Source of the DNA: an uncultured Solibacteraceae bacterium
GTDB lineage: Bacteria > Acidobacteriota > Terriglobia > Bryobacterales > Bryobacteraceae
Direction: 5' to 3'
NCBI GenBank assembly: GCA_963811575.1
Contig: CAWERY010000015.1
Location: 8,325 to 72,324, forward strand
Length of the DNA: 64,000 bases
Shown: positions 62,201 to 64,000 of the stretch, one piece after another
Position numbering within the stretch: position 1 is the stretch's first letter
How the letters are laid out: every line of letters starts with the position of its first letter
Notes under the pieces: generated by a model
What the model saw: only the letters and a program-made list of their open reading frames with translations
Told to the model about the DNA's origin: nothing
Database searches by the model: none
Made by a program: the position numbers and the translations under genes

Positions 62201-62811
62201 GCGCCTCTCCTGGCTTAACGATTCGGACGCAACTCTGGAACGGCGCGTATCTCCCAACGACCGGCCGCTGCGGCTGGTGATCAGCGCGGTATATGAACTG
62301 CCGATCGGCAGGGGTAAGCTGATCAATCTGCAGTCGCGGTTCAACAATGCAATGTTCGGAGGGTGGAAGGTCACGACCATCTATTCACGGCAGGCCGGCG
62401 CCCCGATCAATTGGGTGAACGGAAGCTCGACGGCTCCCGGAGATTATGTGTACTTCGGCGGACCGGTGAATCTGAACAATCGCCAGGTCAACGGGACGGC
62501 GTTCGACAAGACGCGCCTTCGACACCGCCTCGGCCGATGCGTTCCAGTATCATATTCGGACATTCTCCACCACGTTCGGGAATCTGCGAGCCGACGGCAT
62601 CAATCAGTTGGACGCATCGATTCTGAAGCGCTTCAACTTCTCGGAGACGGCCAAGCGGTATTTCGAGCTGCGCGGCGAAATGTTCAACGTTCCGAACCAC
62701 CCGGTATTTGCAGCGCCGAACACAACGGCAAACAACGCTCAATTCGGCCAGATCACGGCCACCGTCAACCGATTCCGCACCTTGCAGGTTTCGGCGAGGA
62801 TCGTGTTCTAA
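59265..62811 (+). pseudogene. TonB-dependent-receptor-like OMP with carboxypeptidase-regulatory-like N-domain, frame broken once (~62513)
   Basis: GGAGG 7 nt upstream of TTG 59265. Signal peptide KFSVLVALFLAIPLALFSQ. Ig-like domain (GHYAVPFLAPGNYSIAVTISGFK). ...NGTAFDKT continues in the +1 frame as AFDTASADAFQYHIRTF...RFRTLQVSARIVF with a terminal Phe. Confidence 0.8.
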
Positions 62812-62941
62812 GCAACTCCCAACGGCGGGTTCAAGATATCTTGGGCCCGCGCCTTTCCTCGTATAGTTTCGGAACTGGCTCATTGATTTCGATGCCGCGC
62901 GCGCCGGCCGATTGCAGCGGCGCCGCTGTTATACTCGCCAG

Positions 62942-64000
62942 ATGTCCCGAGCCCTGACCGTCGCCGAAGCCTTCGCCCTCGCTCGTGACCTCGCCCATTC
63001 CGGCCGCGCCGATGATGCTTCGAGCCTCTGCTCGAAAATTCTCGAAGCCGATTCAACCCACGCTCCGACACTCCATCTGTTTGCCATCCTCTCCTTCCGC
63101 CAGGCCGATCCGGCGGTAGCGATAGCGCTCCTCGAACGCGCGACGGCCGCCGCGCCCGATTTCGCCCAGGCGTTCAACGATCTGGGCAACCTGCTCATGC
63201 ATCAGGGCCGCACTTCCGAGGCTATTACGCGCTACCGCCGGGCCATCGCTCTCACCCCCGGATATCCCGAGGCCCACAACAATCTCGGCAATGCCTGCCA
63301 GATCGCCGGGCTCCTGGAAGAAGCCGTCGGGTGTTACCGGCGCGCACTGGGTCTCGCGCCCGATTATGCCGAGGCCCACCGCAATCTCGGCAGCGCTCTG
63401 CGGCGCCTGGGGCGTCTTCCGGAAGCCATCGCGGCCTTTCGCTCTGCCGTTTCGCTCAATCCCAGTTACGCCGAGGCCATCACCCAGCTTCTCCAGGAAC
63501 TCCGCGCCCAAGGCGACTGGAGCCTTCTCGAGCCTCTGACAGCGCAACTTGTGGACGTGGTGGAAAAGGGGTCCGCGGCGGTCAACCCGTTCATCTTTCT
63601 CTCGCTCGAAACCACGCCGCGCCAGCAGTTCCTCTGCGCGCGCCGCTTTGCTACCGAGCACGTCGATACGGCTGCCGCGAAACTGCCGGAAGTTCCGGCG
63701 CGTTCCATCACCGATGGCCGCATCACGGTTGGATATCTATCTGCCGATTTCCAGGAGCACGCCACCGCTCACCTCACCGCAGCGCTCTTCGCACTCCACG
63801 ACCGCACCCGCTTTCGCGTGATCGCCTACTCCTACGGCGCCGATGACGGCAGTCCGATGCGCCGCCGCCTCGTGCATACCTTCGACCAGTTTGTGGATCT
63901 CATCTCCGCCTCCCACGCAGAGGCTGCCGCCCGCATTCGCGCCGACGGCGTCGATATCCTCGTGGACCTGAAGGGCTACACGCGCGATGCGCGCCCTCAG
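62942..64000 (+). CDS. TPR-repeat / SPINDLY-type O-GlcNAc-transferase-like (GT41) protein, 3' end outside window
   Basis: ATG 62942, then an open frame to the window edge (353 codons); it is not in the ORF track. TPR units (AEAHNNLGNA, AEAHRNLGSAL). Then RITVGYLSADFQEHATAHL...VIAYSYG...DILVDLKGYT, typical of the GT41 catalytic region. Confidence 0.75.
   Translation, partial: MSRALTVAEAFALARDLAHSGRADDASSLCSKILEADSTHAPTLHLFAILSFRQADPAVAIALLERATAAAPDFAQAFNDLGNLLMHQGRTSEAITRYRRAIALTPGYPEAHNNLGNACQIAGLLEEAVGCYRRALGLAPDYAEAHRNLGSALRRLGRLPEAIAAFRSAVSLNPSYAEAITQLLQELRAQGDWSLLEPLTAQLVDVVEKGSAAVNPFIFLSLETTPRQQFLCARRFATEHVDTAAAKLPEVPARSITDGRITVGYLSADFQEHATAHLTAALFALHDRTRFRVIAYSYGADDGSPMRRRLVHTFDQFVDLISASHAEAAARIRADGVDILVDLKGYTRDARPQ

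Noticed and set aside
15572-62811. Programmed ribosomal frameshifting as the explanation for the frame breaks
   Set aside because: The break sites share no slippery heptamer or downstream structure. They occur in 12 unrelated gene families and in both directions. Indel error or decay is far more parsimonious.
62832-62843. Palindrome CAAGATATCTTG downstream of the TonB-dependent OMP gene as a rho-independent terminator
   Set aside because: The stem is only 6 bp (plus 3 after a mismatch), AT-rich, with no loop and no following T-tract.
1-64000. CRISPR arrays, prophage or transposon genes, integrases, toxin-antitoxin or known defence-system genes
   Set aside because: No direct-repeat/spacer periodicity was found. 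No transposase-, integrase- or phage-like translation appears in any frame, and no inverted terminal repeats flank the glycan locus. The only tandem repeats are the two intragenic ones reported.

Overview
High-GC chromosomal window. The gene content looks like a soil Acidobacteriota genome (Solibacter/Bryobacter-like): a TIGR03435-family protein, CarboxypepD_reg-type TonB-dependent outer-membrane proteins, a PSCyt/DUF1553 + DUF1501 pair, and BNR/sortilin-like and YVTN propeller proteins. No rRNA, tRNA, CRISPR array, transposase or integrase was found.

Layout:
- 0-15.5 kb: intact housekeeping and sensing genes (SPFH tail, SPOR protein, lipA, lnt, ychF, a MoxR ATPase, a large propeller/Y_Y_Y hybrid histidine kinase translationally coupled to a TonB-dependent OMP, an esterase, trxC, a PQQ-type dehydrogenase).
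- 15.5-28.7 kb: secreted and catabolic genes, nearly all frame-broken.
- 28.7-50.2 kb: an ABC-transporter (Wzm/Wzt)-dependent glycan assembly locus with about 8 glycosyltransferase modules, a NodB deacetylase and 5 methyltransferase-type modules.
- 50.3-64 kb: a BNR protein, a PAS hybrid kinase, TIGR03435, tandem YVTN propellers, a second TonB-dependent OMP and a TPR/O-GlcNAc-transferase-like gene that runs off the window.

Most interesting observation: four adjacent enzymes of the glycan locus each carry the same ~115-aa CenC/CBM4_9-like beta-sandwich module (GT2, deacetylase, GT2-methyltransferase, GT2-coiled-coil). The Wzt ATPase is short and lacks such a module. One of the four enzymes has a 21-aa (63-bp) tandem-repeat coiled coil that resembles a chain-length ruler.

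Second major observation: about 20 single-nucleotide frame breaks fall in 12 conserved genes, all beyond 15.5 kb. These are either consensus indel errors or gene decay. All functional calls come from reading motifs in the translations; no database search was run.
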